Part shown: piece by piece, positions 31,023 through 43,579 of the stretch
How positions within the stretch are numbered: the stretch's first letter is position 1
Layout of the letters: every line of letters begins with the position of its first letter
Source: Nitrospirota bacterium
Lineage (GTDB): Bacteria; Nitrospirota; UBA9217
Length of the DNA stretch: 64,000 nucleotides
NCBI GenBank assembly: GCA_963754875.1
Contig: CAVWHO010000020.1
Span: 320,001 to 384,000, forward strand
Direction: 5' to 3'
The notes under the pieces: model-generated
Seen by the model: only the letters and a program-made list of their open reading frames with translations
What the model was told of the DNA's origin: nothing
Database searches by the model: none
Program-made: the position numbers and the translations under genes

Positions 31023-31496
31023 TTACTCGGGCCAGGAATCGGAAACGGCCTTCGGCTCGCGCTTCACGAGAAGGATGGAACAGGGCATCCTCCGGATAAG
31101 GTCCTCATTGTCCCTTCCGAAAAGTAAGTGTTCGAGCCGCGATTCTTCATGGGCAGGAAGCACGAGGAGATCGATCTTCTCGTCCCGCACGATCTTCTCG
31201 ATTTCATCGACGGGTTTGCCTTCCCGGATCAGTTCCTTGACTGCCATGCCCTGCCGTTTTTCTTCGGCAACGAGGTTGTCCATGTCCTTCCTCGTCTTTT
31301 CGAGCAGACGACGAAGATCCTGCTCAAGTGACGGGAGGGGAAGGTTCCATCCCTCGATCCCGAAGGGGTTGTGAATGATGTGTGCGACGTATAATTCCGC
31401 GCCAAAGCTCCTGGCTTGGTCTACGGCAGCCCGGACTACAGGGCCGCAACGGCTTGTCAGCATGCAGACGACGAGGACTCGTTTGATGTTATTCAT
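31023..31496 (-). CDS. Universal stress protein
   Basis: EGKPVDEI, IDLLVL, MPCSILLV. Confidence 0.85.
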   Translation of the reverse strand: MNNIKRVLVVCMLTSRCGPVVRAAVDQARSFGAELYVAHIIHNPFGIEGWNLPLPSLEQDLRRLLEKTRKDMDNLVAEEKRQGMAVKELIREGKPVDEIEKIVRDEKIDLLVLPAHEESRLEHLLFGRDNEDLIRRMPCSILLVKREPKAVSDSWPE

Positions 31497-31555
31497 GAAA
31501 CATCTTCCTTTCTTGCTTTTTACAGCCGTTACACCTGCCTGCGGTGATGTTTTTC

Positions 31556-31858
31556 TCAGGCATTATGCCGCTTTTTAAATTTGTCCTTTGCTGATGAGAC
31601 AGCTTCTGTGAAATCAATCCAGGTCTTATCAAGGCCATCTCGCAGCGTCTCCCATGCCTCGCCGCTGGATTGCCTCAGTTCCTGGAGCTTTTGTTGAACG
31701 CTGTCACGCTTTTTCTTGAGGTCGCGCAGGTTGTTCTGGTACCCGCTTTTCAGGTCTTCTTTGGCGACTGCCATCTTTGTCTCCATTTCATCGATCCTGG
31801 AAGACCAATCCTTCAACTGCTTGGCCATTTTGTCGATATATTCTTGCCGTGTTTTCAT
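31556..31858 (-). CDS. Small coiled-coil stress-associated protein
   Basis: MKTRQEYIDKM..QLKDW...SSGEAWE.L.DG....W pattern. GAGG RBS. Confidence 0.7.
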   Translation of the reverse strand: MKTRQEYIDKMAKQLKDWSSRIDEMETKMAVAKEDLKSGYQNNLRDLKKKRDSVQQKLQELRQSSGEAWETLRDGLDKTWIDFTEAVSSAKDKFKKRHNA

Positions 31859-32207
31859 AATACTTTCCTCCACAGAATATCGAACGTCTTTACTTTAATC
31901 TTAAAACTCACTGATACATCTGTCAATATAAGCCAAGAGCGAATATAACGAGCCGCGTGCAAAGGAAACAACGGAACTAAGACAAACTGCTGAGGAGAAA
32001 GAGGGTTCCGCTTGTCGTATAGGCTGAAGAGGACAAAAAGTGTCATCTGTGCAATGAAGAGTTGCGAAGACCTTGAAGGAAAATCAGTACGGGAATCTCG
32101 CTGTCCAACATCACCGCGTTCATCTTTCTGTAATCTTCATTTTATTATAATCTGTGCAAAACAACCTGCATAATAGCCTCTTGTATGACTGATGAGAGTG
32201 GGGCGTC

Positions 32208-33647
32208 ATGCCTATGAAGCCGGATGATTTTGGCCTTCAAGAGGAGAAAGGGGAGCAATTAACCTTGTCAAAGCGTTCTTTATGCCTGGGCCTGCTTTTT
32301 TTAATGTTGTCCTCCTGCGTCTCCTATCAGACCAGGCCGCTGAATACCAGGCCTACCTTGTTGAACGAAGTGCCCCATGTAATCATGAACGCTGGACAAA
32401 TGCCTTTGCCGGAATTGGCGTCGCACCCGTTCAATCCCGACGACGGCCTTGATATGACCGAAGTGGCTATGTTGGCGGTGACGAACAATCCTGACCTGAA
32501 AGTGGCGCGGGATGAAAGAGGCATAGCTCAGGCTGAGCTCATGGCAGCGGAGGTACTGCCAAATCCCCAGCTGACTGCCGGAATGGACTATCCGACAAAC
32601 GGCGGACCGGGCACCGTGAACGCATTCAACGCTGGCTTGAGTTACGACATCGTTGCGCTCCTTACACGTAACGCTTTAATCAATTCCTCCCGTGCGAACA
32701 GCCTGAAGCTTAACCTCGCTGTTCTCTGGCAGGAATGGCAGATCGTTCAGCAGGCGCGTCTATTGTTTGTCAGCAGCATAGAGGAGCAGAAGATGATCCG
32801 GGAATTGACAGCTTATCGTGAGCTCGTTGCCGTCAAGTACCAGCGTGCGCGACAGGCCCTGCAGGAGGGTGATCTCACGATCGACGTGGTGAGCGCGGAC
32901 TTGACCGCTTTGCAGGATGCAAACACGAGTATCAATGATCTCGAACGAGAGATGTGTAAAACGCGTCACGACCTCAATACGCTGCTGGATTTATCACCCG
33001 ACATCAGACTCAATCTTGCGGGGAAAGTCGATCTGCCCATGCCGGACCAGGCGATGGTCGAAGCGTTGCTGGAACAGTTGCCTGACCGACGCCCGGACCT
33101 GCTGGCGCTGCAGGCCGGTTATAAAAGCCAAGAAGAGCGCCTGCGAAAGGCGGTGCTGGAGCAATTCCCGGCGCTTTCAATCGGGGTGACCCGCGCCCGC
33201 GACACAAGCGGAATTTACACCTCAGGCATCGGCATTACCTTGAGCCTTCCGATATTCGATCGGAACCAGGGGCCCATCGCAATCGAAAAAGCCACCCGTA
33301 AACGCCTATATGACGAGTACCAGGCCCGTTTGAACTCGGCATACGGCGAGGCGAAAAGCCTGCTGTCGCAATCGAACCAGGTGAACCGTCAATACAAGGA
33401 CGTAATCGCTGTTCTACCCGGGATGGAGAGAACTGCGGCGAGCGCACAAGCCGCACTGGACGCAGGCAATCTGGACATCACCACCTACACCGATCTTCAG
33501 GCCGCCCTTCTGAAGAAGCGTCTTGAGGCCATCGCCCTTGAACGCACGCTGCTTGAACAACGAATAGCCCTCAGGACGCTGCTCGGCGCCGATCTGCCGG
33601 GACACATTGCATTGGCCGCGATCCAACGCGAGGAGCGAGGAAAATGA
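32208..33647 (+). CDS. TolC-family outer-membrane efflux lipoprotein
   Basis: Lipobox-like LSSC, NNPDL, LPNP, RRPDL, LPIFDRNQG. Alternative TTG start 32265. Confidence 0.85.
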   Translation: MPMKPDDFGLQEEKGEQLTLSKRSLCLGLLFLMLSSCVSYQTRPLNTRPTLLNEVPHVIMNAGQMPLPELASHPFNPDDGLDMTEVAMLAVTNNPDLKVARDERGIAQAELMAAEVLPNPQLTAGMDYPTNGGPGTVNAFNAGLSYDIVALLTRNALINSSRANSLKLNLAVLWQEWQIVQQARLLFVSSIEEQKMIRELTAYRELVAVKYQRARQALQEGDLTIDVVSADLTALQDANTSINDLEREMCKTRHDLNTLLDLSPDIRLNLAGKVDLPMPDQAMVEALLEQLPDRRPDLLALQAGYKSQEERLRKAVLEQFPALSIGVTRARDTSGIYTSGIGITLSLPIFDRNQGPIAIEKATRKRLYDEYQARLNSAYGEAKSLLSQSNQVNRQYKDVIAVLPGMERTAASAQAALDAGNLDITTYTDLQAALLKKRLEAIALERTLLEQRIALRTLLGADLPGHIALAAIQREERGK

Positions 33648-33650
33648 TAT

Positions 33651-34688
33651 ATGAGAAAGAGCTTTTCCCTGTGCACGGTTTTGATAATGATGTTCGGCGC
33701 CGCAAATTATGCAGTATTAGCCGGCACCACGAGTACGCTGGTTCGAACACAGCCCCTTGTTGAACAGGTGCTTGCCGAAACAATCTCCGGATACGGAATC
33801 GTGAGCATCGATCCTCTTAACACCGAAAGCATAAATTTCCCCCGTGCAGGGCAGGTGACGCGGCTTCTGGTCGGACAAGGAGAGGTGGTAAAAAAGGACA
33901 CACCCCTCCTGCAATTGGAAACCAGCCCTCAGGAAAGCGTCGGTTACGAGCAGGCGCGGTCAGCTGTGGACTTGACAAGAGGCGAACTGGCCAGAGTGCA
34001 AAACCTGCTGGCGCAACAGCTTGCGACCAGGTCACAGGTGGCGAACGCTCAAAAGACTTTGCAGGACGCAGAAGCAGCATTCGCAGCCCAGCAGAAGCTG
34101 GGAACAGGGACCCCAAGCGAAATTATCCGGGCACCTTTTGACGGCATTGTGAGCGTAGTGCAGATCGCCCAGGGAGAGCGGATCCAGGCTGGCGCCCCGG
34201 CGTTGCAGTTGTCGCGGATCGACCGCCCGCGCATCGTGCTGGGAATTGAACCCGAAGACGCCCGCAGGGTGAAACGTGGCATGCCGGTGAAGCTGGTCCC
34301 GGTATTCGACAGTTCGCAGAGCGCAGCAGGCCTGGTCAGTACCGTCAACGGGATGATCAATCCGCTGACAGGGCTGGTTGACCTTCTTGTTGCGCTGAAA
34401 CCCGGACAGGCTGTCCGTTTGATGCCGGGAACACGAATAGGGGGACTCATCACGCTGAATAGCCGGCGGAAAATTGCCGTTCCACGACAGGCGGTCCTCA
34501 CCGATGATCAGGGAACCTATATTTTCGTCGTCAAAAACGGTCTCAGCCATCGCATCAATGTGAAGACCGGGATCGAAACACAGGGTCTCGTCGGCATCGT
34601 CGGGCCTTTTGAGAATAGCGACCGCGTTGTGGTCGTGGGCAATTATGAGCTCCAGGAAGGAATGGCCGTGAGGGAGGCTTTGAAATGA
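33651..34688 (+). CDS. RND periplasmic adaptor (membrane fusion protein)
   Basis: PRAGQV..LLV..GE.V, IRAPFDGIV, AVPRQAV, VVVGNYEL. Confidence 0.9.
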   Translation: MRKSFSLCTVLIMMFGAANYAVLAGTTSTLVRTQPLVEQVLAETISGYGIVSIDPLNTESINFPRAGQVTRLLVGQGEVVKKDTPLLQLETSPQESVGYEQARSAVDLTRGELARVQNLLAQQLATRSQVANAQKTLQDAEAAFAAQQKLGTGTPSEIIRAPFDGIVSVVQIAQGERIQAGAPALQLSRIDRPRIVLGIEPEDARRVKRGMPVKLVPVFDSSQSAAGLVSTVNGMINPLTGLVDLLVALKPGQAVRLMPGTRIGGLITLNSRRKIAVPRQAVLTDDQGTYIFVVKNGLSHRINVKTGIETQGLVGIVGPFENSDRVVVVGNYELQEGMAVREALK

Positions 34689-37600
34689 GCGCCTTCCCCC
34701 TCTGGGTACAGGCGCACCGCCGCTCGATCCTCTTTCTGGTGCTGATCCTGGCCCTTACAGGGGCTGTTATCGCCTTCAAACTGCCGGTGGCCCTTTTCCC
34801 GAATGTGGATTTTCCCCGTGTCGTGGTCTCCTTGGATGCGGGAGACCGCGCCGCGGAGTTGATGGAGCTGGAGGTGACGCGGCATGTCGAAGAGGCGGTC
34901 CGTTCGGTGCCCGGCGTCATCTCGGTGCGCGCTACAAGCAGCCGTGGCAGCGCCGATATTTCGATCAATTTCGGTTGGGGCGTGGATATGGTTTCCTCCC
35001 TGCTCCAGGTCGAGTCCGCCGTCAGCCGGGTGCTGCCCCAACTGCCGCAGGGAACGGTCTTCGAGGTCCAGCGCATGGACCCGACGGTGTTTCCCGTCTT
35101 GGCGTACAGTCTGACGTCGGACAACCGCTCCCTGGTGGAACTGCACGACATCGCGGAATATAAACTGGTTCCCCTGCTGTCAAGCGTCAACGGCACTTCG
35201 CGGGTGCAGGTCATCGGAGGCCAGGTGGAGGAGTATCGCGTTACCGTGGACCCGGCGCGTCTTCAAACCTACGGGCTGACCCTGAATGATGTGGCGCAGG
35301 CGCTTTCGGCAGCCAACGTGATCACCGCCGTGGGCCGCATGGAAGACCATTACAAACTGTATCTCGTCATGTCGGACACACGCTTTGCCGGCCTCAGCCA
35401 GATCCTACGGACCGTTCTGCGCAGCGGCCCGAACGGCCTCGTCCGCCTCGAGGAGGTTGCCAGGGTCCAGCGCGATATCGTTCCCCAATGGCAGCGCGTG
35501 ACCGCGGACGGGCACGACGCCGTATTGATCAATGTCTATCAGCAGCCCGGCGGCAATACCGTCCAAATTGCACGGGATATAAAAGCAAAACTTGCCGCGT
35601 TTCAACAACGCCTGCCGAATGGAGTACGGATCAGCAACTGGTACGATCAGAGCGAGCTGATCATCGCATCCGCAACCAGCGTGCGCGACGCGATCATCAT
35701 CGGGGTGATCCTCGGGGCGGTGGTTCTGTTCCTGTTCCTGCGCAACCTCAAGATCACCCTTATCGCCGTCATCATCGTGCCGATGGTGCTGGCAGCCACT
35801 ATCGTCCTTCTCTTTGTGCTGAAGATGAGTTTTAATATTATGACGCTCGGCGGCATGGCGGCTGCCGTGGGGCTGATCATCGACGACGTCATCGTGATGG
35901 TTGAGCACATCATGCGGCGTTTGCGCGGGAGCGGGGAACAACACCGCGGCCGCGTGATGGCCGCCGCGCGCGAGTTTGCGCAGCCCCTCGTCGGCTCCTC
36001 TTCTGCCACCATCATCATTTTCCTGCCGCTGGCTTTTTTAAGCGGTGTAACAGGCGCTTTTTTCAAGGCGCTGTCCTTCACCATGGCGGCGGCGCTTGTC
36101 ATTTCGTTTCTCATTACCTGGCTCGCCATCCCGATCCTCGCGGACCATCTGCTCGGGAGAAAAGAGGCGGAGGAGAACGAGAGCGGCCCGTTCAGGGAAC
36201 GCACGCACCGCGCGTATGAATGGATCATGGAGCGTTTGCTGAAACGGCCGGGGCTCCTCCTGGCGGGCATCACGCCGCTGCTGATACTCGGCTTCATAGG
36301 CTACCAACAGGTCGGTTCGGGGTTCATGCCGGTCATGGATGAAGGAGGCTTCATCCTCGATTACCGCACGCCGCCAGGGACTGCGCTCTCCGAAACTGAC
36401 CGCTTGCTGCGGCAGGTTGAAGCCATCATCAGGACGACGCCGGAAGTGCTCACCTATTCGCGCCGTACGGGCACGCAACTCGGCGGCGGTCTCACGGAGG
36501 CGAATGAGGGAGATTTCTTCATACGATTGAAACCGTTGCCCAGGCGGCCCATAGAAGAGGTCATGGACGAGATCCGCGAAAAAATCGAGCGAGACGTGCC
36601 CGGCATCGACATCGAACTGGCCCAGCTCATGGAAGACCTGATCGGAGATCTGACCGCCGTGCCGCAGCCCATCGAGATCAAACTGTACTCCGACAGCCAG
36701 CAACAGCTTGCTGCCGTGGGCCGGCGGGTAGCCGATGCCATCGGTGGAATACCCGGCGTGGTGGACGTCCGAAGCGGTATCGTGCTGGCAGGGGACGCCC
36801 TGGACATCTATGTAGATCGAACCAAGGCCGCACTGGAGGGCGTCGATCCCGATGCAATAACCCGCATGCTGAACGACTATCTGTCCGGGGCGGTGACGAC
36901 GCAGGTCCAGGAAGGCGTCAAAATGGTCGGTGTCCGCGTCTGGATCGACAGTGCTCTGCGCGCCACCGAAAGAGAGGTCGGGGAGCCTCATGATGCGCGC
37001 GCCGGACGGGCATATGTTCCCCCTCAAACGGGTTGCAAACGTCAAGGCGGTCGTCGGCCAGCCCCAGATAACAAGCGAAAACCTCAAGACCATGACGGCG
37101 GCAACCGGCCGCATCACCGGCCGCGATATGGGCTCGGTGATGCGGGATGTGCGCACGGCGCTTGCGCGTCCGGGTTTGATCCCGAAGGACGTCTACTTCG
37201 ATCTGGGTGGAATGTACGAGCAGCAGCAGATCGCCTTCAAGGGGCTCATCGCCGTGTTCATCGCCGCGCTTGCCCTGGTAAGCCTGCTGCTTCTCTTTCT
37301 CTATGAACGCTTCAGAATCGTGCTCGCCATCATGGCGCTTCCGGTGCTTTCCCTGTCAGCGGTGTTCATCGGCCTCTGGGTGACCGGCATAGAGCTCAAT
37401 ATCTCCGCCATGATGGGAATGACCATGATCGTCGGAATCGTCACCGAGGTCGCCATATTTTATTTTTCGGAATACAGCGATCTTGCTCAAACCATGGATA
37501 TGGGACCCGCCTTGATCGAGGCGGGAAAGAACCGCATGCGACCGATCATGATGACGACCTTTGTGGCCATTCTGACTCTTCTCCCCCTGGCGCTGGCCTT

Positions 37601-37754
37601 GGGCCAGGGGGCCGCAATGCAACAGCCGCTCGCCGTCGCGATTATTTCCGGCTTGCTGGTGCAGATCCCGCTTGCGCTTATTGTACTGCCGGCGCTATAT
37701 TATCTGTTAGCATCGGCGCAACGCAGAGGAAGCGGGCCGGACAAGGACGCGTAA
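34685..37754 (+). pseudogene. RND efflux permease (AcrB/CusA superfamily), split by a +1 frameshift in GGGG 36980-36983
   Basis: LPVALFP, NIMTLGG, GLIIDD, and RMRPIMMT in the second ORF. Deleting one G gives EREVGSLMMRAPDG and a full-length ~1020-aa protein. Confidence 0.85.
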
Positions 37755-37762
37755 GGAGCCCC

Positions 37763-38431
37763 ATGCGCATACTGATAGTGGAAGATGAAAAGCCCCTGGC
37801 CGACATTCTAAAAAAAGGCCTTGAGGAGGAAGGGTACGCCGTCGATGTCGCATACAATGGAGAAGACGGTCAGTATCTGGCTGAACATGAGCCATCGGAC
37901 CTCATGATCCTGGATATTATGCTGCCTGTGGTCGACGGCATGACTATCCTGAAATGGATTCGCCGGATCGGTATTAAGACCCCAGTTCTCCTGCTGACGG
38001 CGCGGGACGCCATAACGGACAAAGTGTCCGGCCTGGACAGCGGCGCTGATGATTATCTGACAAAACCTTTTTCCTTTGAAGAGCTGCTCGCCCGCATGAG
38101 AGTATTGCTGAGACGGAATTCAATGGTGAAAACGTCCTTGATCGTAATTAGAGACTTGACTCTTGACACAGCGACCCATGAAGTCAGGAGGGGGGAAAAG
38201 AGCATTTCCCTCTCGGCGAAAGAACTCTCGCTCCTTGAATATATGGCCCTCAACAGGAATATTGTCCTGAGCAGAACGGCCTTGACGGAACATCTTTATA
38301 ACCAGGACTTTGATCTTGACAGCAACGTGATAGATGTCTTTATTAACCGCCTCAGGAACAAGATAGACCGGGGATTTGAGGAGAAAATCATATTTACCGT
38401 GCGGGGCGCCGGTTATATGCTGAGGGGATAA
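37763..38431 (+). CDS. OmpR-family response regulator (CusR/CzcR-like)
   Basis: ILIVEDE, LDIMLP, GADDYLTKPF, SNVIDVFI, TVRGAGY. Confidence 0.92.
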   Translation: MRILIVEDEKPLADILKKGLEEEGYAVDVAYNGEDGQYLAEHEPSDLMILDIMLPVVDGMTILKWIRRIGIKTPVLLLTARDAITDKVSGLDSGADDYLTKPFSFEELLARMRVLLRRNSMVKTSLIVIRDLTLDTATHEVRRGEKSISLSAKELSLLEYMALNRNIVLSRTALTEHLYNQDFDLDSNVIDVFINRLRNKIDRGFEEKIIFTVRGAGYMLRG

Positions 38432-38432
38432 C

Positions 38433-39860
38433 ATGCTGTCTTCGATCAAGGTAAAAATCATTTTTTACTACATGGCTGTTTTGTTCGTCGTCCTCTCCTT
38501 CCTGGGGACCTTCCTGTATTTCAGCCTCGACAAGATCGTATATAAATCCCTTGATGCCGGTCTGCTTGCCAGGGCCAAGGCGATAGCATCGATTATTGAT
38601 ATCGACAGGAATGAAACCGAGTTCAATCTGTCCGATGAAATCATGTGGGAGTACCATTCGACGAGGTCAGGAAGTTTTTTTCAGGTGCGCCGCGCCGACG
38701 GGACGACCATGGCAAAATCGGCTTCGCTCGGGGGGATGGAACTCCCCGTGCCAGAGAACGATTCCCGCACGCGTATCACCACGATCCGTCTGAACGGAAG
38801 GAGTGTGCGACTCATTGCTTTCCCCTATGGTTCGACGGGAGAGGAGGGGGGCGCTGAGGAGAAAGACCTGCAGGGACTGGTGGTCCAGTGCGGTGAGGAT
38901 ATGGAAGACCAATTAGAGCTTCTGGAAGATTTTCGCGCCGTACTGGTCGGCGCGGTTCTTTCCGTCATGCTTCTGTCGGCATTAGGCGGCTTCGTCATCG
39001 CGAAGAAAGCACTTACTCCCGTCCTGGACATTTCACAGACCATCGACAGGATATCCGAGCTGGACCTCACGAGACGAGTCTCCCTGCAGGGCATTCCTCG
39101 CGAGTTGAAAATTCTTGCTGCTTCCTTCAACCGTATGTTCAGCAGAATGGAAGAGGCGTTAAACCGGCAGAAACGGTTTGCAGCGGACGCTTCCCATGAG
39201 CTCAGGACGCCGCTCTCGGTCATTCTGAGCCAGAGCGAGATCGTCCTTCGAAAGGAGAGGACCACGGAAGAATACAAAAGCAGTCTCGATGCCATCATGC
39301 GGGCGGCACGAACGATGTCGTCCACGGTCCGGAAACTGCTTACGCTGACCCGGTTCAGCGCCGATAAGGTTGAACTCAAGTTTGAATCCATTCAAATCAA
39401 AGAACTCATAAACGACGTGGCAAAACTGCTCGGTCCTCTTGCCGGACAGAAAGGGATCGTCCTGGAAACGTCGCAAATACCTGCTTCACTATCGGTTCAG
39501 GGAGACCGGGAAAATCTGCTGGATCTGTTTACCAATGTGCTGGACAATGCCATAAAATACAATATTCCCCGGGGTCTGGTGCGTATTTCCGCCAGGAAGG
39601 ATGTAGAATTCATCGTATGCGAAATCCTGGATGCGGGGATCGGCATACCTGCTGGCGCGCTGGATAAAGTGTTCGATCGCTTTTACCGGGTAGACCATTC
39701 CCGTTCGAACGAGATCGACGGCAGTGGATTGGGGCTCAGCATCTGCAGGGAGATAGCAGGGCTTCACGGAGGAAAAATCGAAATTAAAAGCAGGGAAGGT
39801 GAGGGAACGGTTGTATCGGTATATCTGAAAGAAGGGGAGAGGGAGCGGTCTTCCAGATAA
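38433..39860 (+). CDS. Membrane sensor histidine kinase (HAMP-HisKA-HATPase)
   Basis: Two TM helices, ADASHELRTPL, NVLDNAIKY, DAGIGI, GSGLGL. Confidence 0.92.
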   Translation: MLSSIKVKIIFYYMAVLFVVLSFLGTFLYFSLDKIVYKSLDAGLLARAKAIASIIDIDRNETEFNLSDEIMWEYHSTRSGSFFQVRRADGTTMAKSASLGGMELPVPENDSRTRITTIRLNGRSVRLIAFPYGSTGEEGGAEEKDLQGLVVQCGEDMEDQLELLEDFRAVLVGAVLSVMLLSALGGFVIAKKALTPVLDISQTIDRISELDLTRRVSLQGIPRELKILAASFNRMFSRMEEALNRQKRFAADASHELRTPLSVILSQSEIVLRKERTTEEYKSSLDAIMRAARTMSSTVRKLLTLTRFSADKVELKFESIQIKELINDVAKLLGPLAGQKGIVLETSQIPASLSVQGDRENLLDLFTNVLDNAIKYNIPRGLVRISARKDVEFIVCEILDAGIGIPAGALDKVFDRFYRVDHSRSNEIDGSGLGLSICREIAGLHGGKIEIKSREGEGTVVSVYLKEGERERSSR

Positions 39861-39954
39861 TGAAACGCCTCATGCCGGCGTGAGCATGGGGTTGGTTTAA
39901 ATATTCAGAGGAGATTGAGACGGTATCCCGATTTCGCCGGGCGGTGCAGCGACT

Positions 39955-41208
39955 TTACTCACGACGCAGTGCTGCGATCGGGTCCAGCTGAGTGGCCCGC
40001 CACGCCGGATAAAAGCCGAAGAAGACGCCGACCCCGATTGCGAATAGTGGGGCGATGACGAGGGCTTCGAGGGGGATGGACATCGGCCATCCCAAAACGT
40101 ACCCCATTATAAAAGAGCCGATCACACCTACGCAGACCCCCGAGAGTCCTCCGAAGAGGCTCAATATGACTGCTTCGCCGAGAAACTGCACTTGTATGGC
40201 GGATGTCTTGGCCCCGATCGCCATGCGCAAGCCGATTTCCTTGGTCCTTTCAGTCACGGACACGAGCATGACGTTCATGATCCCGATCCCGCCGACCAGA
40301 AGAGAGATGGAAGCGACGCTGATGAGAAAGATTGCGAGTGTCCGGTTCGATTCGATTTGGGCCTTGATTACCTCTTCCGGACGACGGATGTTAAAATCAT
40401 CATCACTCGCAGTTCGGATATGGTGCCGCTCCCGCAGAAGCTCATTGATCCGGTCAACAGCGGGTTTCACAACGTCCATGGACTGGGCCGAGCACAAAAT
40501 GTCGTCCAGCCAGGAGTAGCCCTTGCCCCGAAGCCTCTTCTGCACCGTTGTATAGGGCATTATGATGGTGTCGTCCTGATCCTGGCCGGTACCAGACTGG
40601 CCTTTCGGCGCCAGTACGCCGACCACCCGGTATATCTGTTGATTAATTCGTGCTTTTCGTCCAATTGCTTGCTCGTCCCCGAAGAGCTGCTGACGCACGG
40701 TTTGGCCGAGAAGAACCACGTTGGCCACATGATCCACGTCTTCTCTTGTGAACGGTTCCCCCTCCGCCAGTTCCCAGCGTTTAATTCCGAAAAAATCAGG
40801 GGTGACACCACGATAATGAGTCGTCCAATTAAGCTTTCCCGAGGCGATGAGCACACTCCCGTCCACATTCGGAGAAACACTTTTAATGAACGGCACTTCA
40901 TGAAGGATTGCCTCGGCATCATCCATGGTGAGTGATGTCATACCGTGGCTGCCGGACCGCACCCCGTTCACGTTGCGGGAGCCGGCCTCGACCCACACGA
41001 GGTTGTCCCCCAGGTTGTGGAGCTGCTGCTCGGCGCGCTGCGTACCTGCCGTGCCGATGGCCACTACGCACACTACCGCGGCAATACCGATGGCGATTCC
41101 GAAAGACGAGAGCGCACTTCGCATCTTGTTCCGGGTAAGCGCACGGACTGCTTCACGGCCGAGGAGGCTGAGCGGGAGACCAATTAATTTATGTGAAATG
41201 CTTGACAT
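39955..41208 (-). CDS. MacB/FtsX-type ABC transporter permease (no fused ATPase)
   Basis: RNKMRSAL, GIAIGIAAV, VGGIGIMNVMLVSVTERTKEIGLRMAIGA, LDPIAALR. Confidence 0.9.
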   Translation of the reverse strand: MSSISHKLIGLPLSLLGREAVRALTRNKMRSALSSFGIAIGIAAVVCVVAIGTAGTQRAEQQLHNLGDNLVWVEAGSRNVNGVRSGSHGMTSLTMDDAEAILHEVPFIKSVSPNVDGSVLIASGKLNWTTHYRGVTPDFFGIKRWELAEGEPFTREDVDHVANVVLLGQTVRQQLFGDEQAIGRKARINQQIYRVVGVLAPKGQSGTGQDQDDTIIMPYTTVQKRLRGKGYSWLDDILCSAQSMDVVKPAVDRINELLRERHHIRTASDDDFNIRRPEEVIKAQIESNRTLAIFLISVASISLLVGGIGIMNVMLVSVTERTKEIGLRMAIGAKTSAIQVQFLGEAVILSLFGGLSGVCVGVIGSFIMGYVLGWPMSIPLEALVIAPLFAIGVGVFFGFYPAWRATQLDPIAALRRE

Positions 41209-41548
41209 ATCGAAGAACTATCTGTTTTGACCTCCATAGTACACAGGGATGCAGGTTCTGTCAACTAAGCACTTCTTGAAATCAGACTGATAACGCAGCT
41301 GCGGATTATGTGGTAAGTTAAAAAAAAGGACGAAGCGCATCGTCTCTGTTTATAGTATTTTTGAACGGACCCGATACTTGCCCCCTGGCGCAATGCCGCG
41401 GCTTTTTACCTGCAAATCAGCCAAAGTGCATGTAGTGTATGCAAATACCCTAAAAATACCCTGAATCACTAATTTATTGATTTAAAGATAAAAATACTAG
41501 ATTTTTTTTGAAACCATGAAATATTGTTCGCTTTCGGTAAATCTTGTC

Positions 41549-41577
41549 TTGACAGAGGAGCAGTATTGTTATAGTTT
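41549..41577 (+). promoter_or_regulatory. sigma70-type promoter with no convincing downstream CDS
   Basis: TTGACA(41549-41554)-17 bp-TAGTTT(41572-41577). Confidence 0.5.
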
Positions 41578-42118
41578 TATAGTGAAAGCAGGAAGCGGAG
41601 CCTCTAGTTCCAGCCGGAGGGAGCTCCACGGGGAACCCGGAGTATTTATATTCAGCGCGTCGTTTAGCCGGTACATCGGCTTTACGCTCAATAAGCATTC
41701 AGCGTTCCGGCGGAGATCAATTATTCTCTGGATAAAAGGCGCTCTAAGCCGGCTCCCCGGCTTATTCGGCCTTACCGTTCGCAGCCTGTGCGCTTATGCT
41801 TATGTAAGTGTACAGGCGGAGCAATGTGCCGGTACATTTATAAATCGTTTACATAGCGATCATACCTGATTTTCTCGACTTCCCAAAAAATCGACCCACG
41901 ATGAAGTTTCTCATGAGCAAAAACGGGCATCTGTCTCATTAAATCTTTGTTTTGCAAAAAAAAATATGATTAATAAACTGATGAATAAGAATTACACGGC
42001 GGTACCCATTTTCCCGTGATTCAATAAAATCGATTGAACATAATGGAAGTTAAGGGCTTAATGGATCCAAACGTTCGTGCCAAGAGCTCTAATGGATTTG
42101 ACAGGACTGTCTTTTTAA

Positions 42119-43303
<1,185 letters not shown>

Positions 43304-43579
43304 GACGGTAAAAAGAATCAGACGCGGATGGTGCTCCGCGACATCCGACCTCCTGCTCCCGACTCCCGGCCGATCGGATAAAATGCTTACCAGTGCGCTC
43401 AAAGCATGCTTCAAACCAGCGTTACGTGCCCTCATCATAAGAATGAAATGCCACACCCGTTGTTTTCGTTGACATTTGCGCGATTCAGTCATATATTATT
43501 TCATAATTTCTGTTCAATAAAGATACAATCCTTTTTAACCTTTGCTTTTCTGTTATAGCTTCTTGCGTGAGGATTAACT

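Noticed and set aside
32119..32153. Possible OmpR-family tandem box upstream of tolC (TTCATCTTTCT-GTAATCTTCAT)
   Set aside because: Too degenerate in AT-rich DNA to call without comparative data.
41516..41869. 117-aa ORF in the large intergenic region
   Set aside because: It starts upstream of the promoter it overlaps, has no RBS and has an atypical composition.
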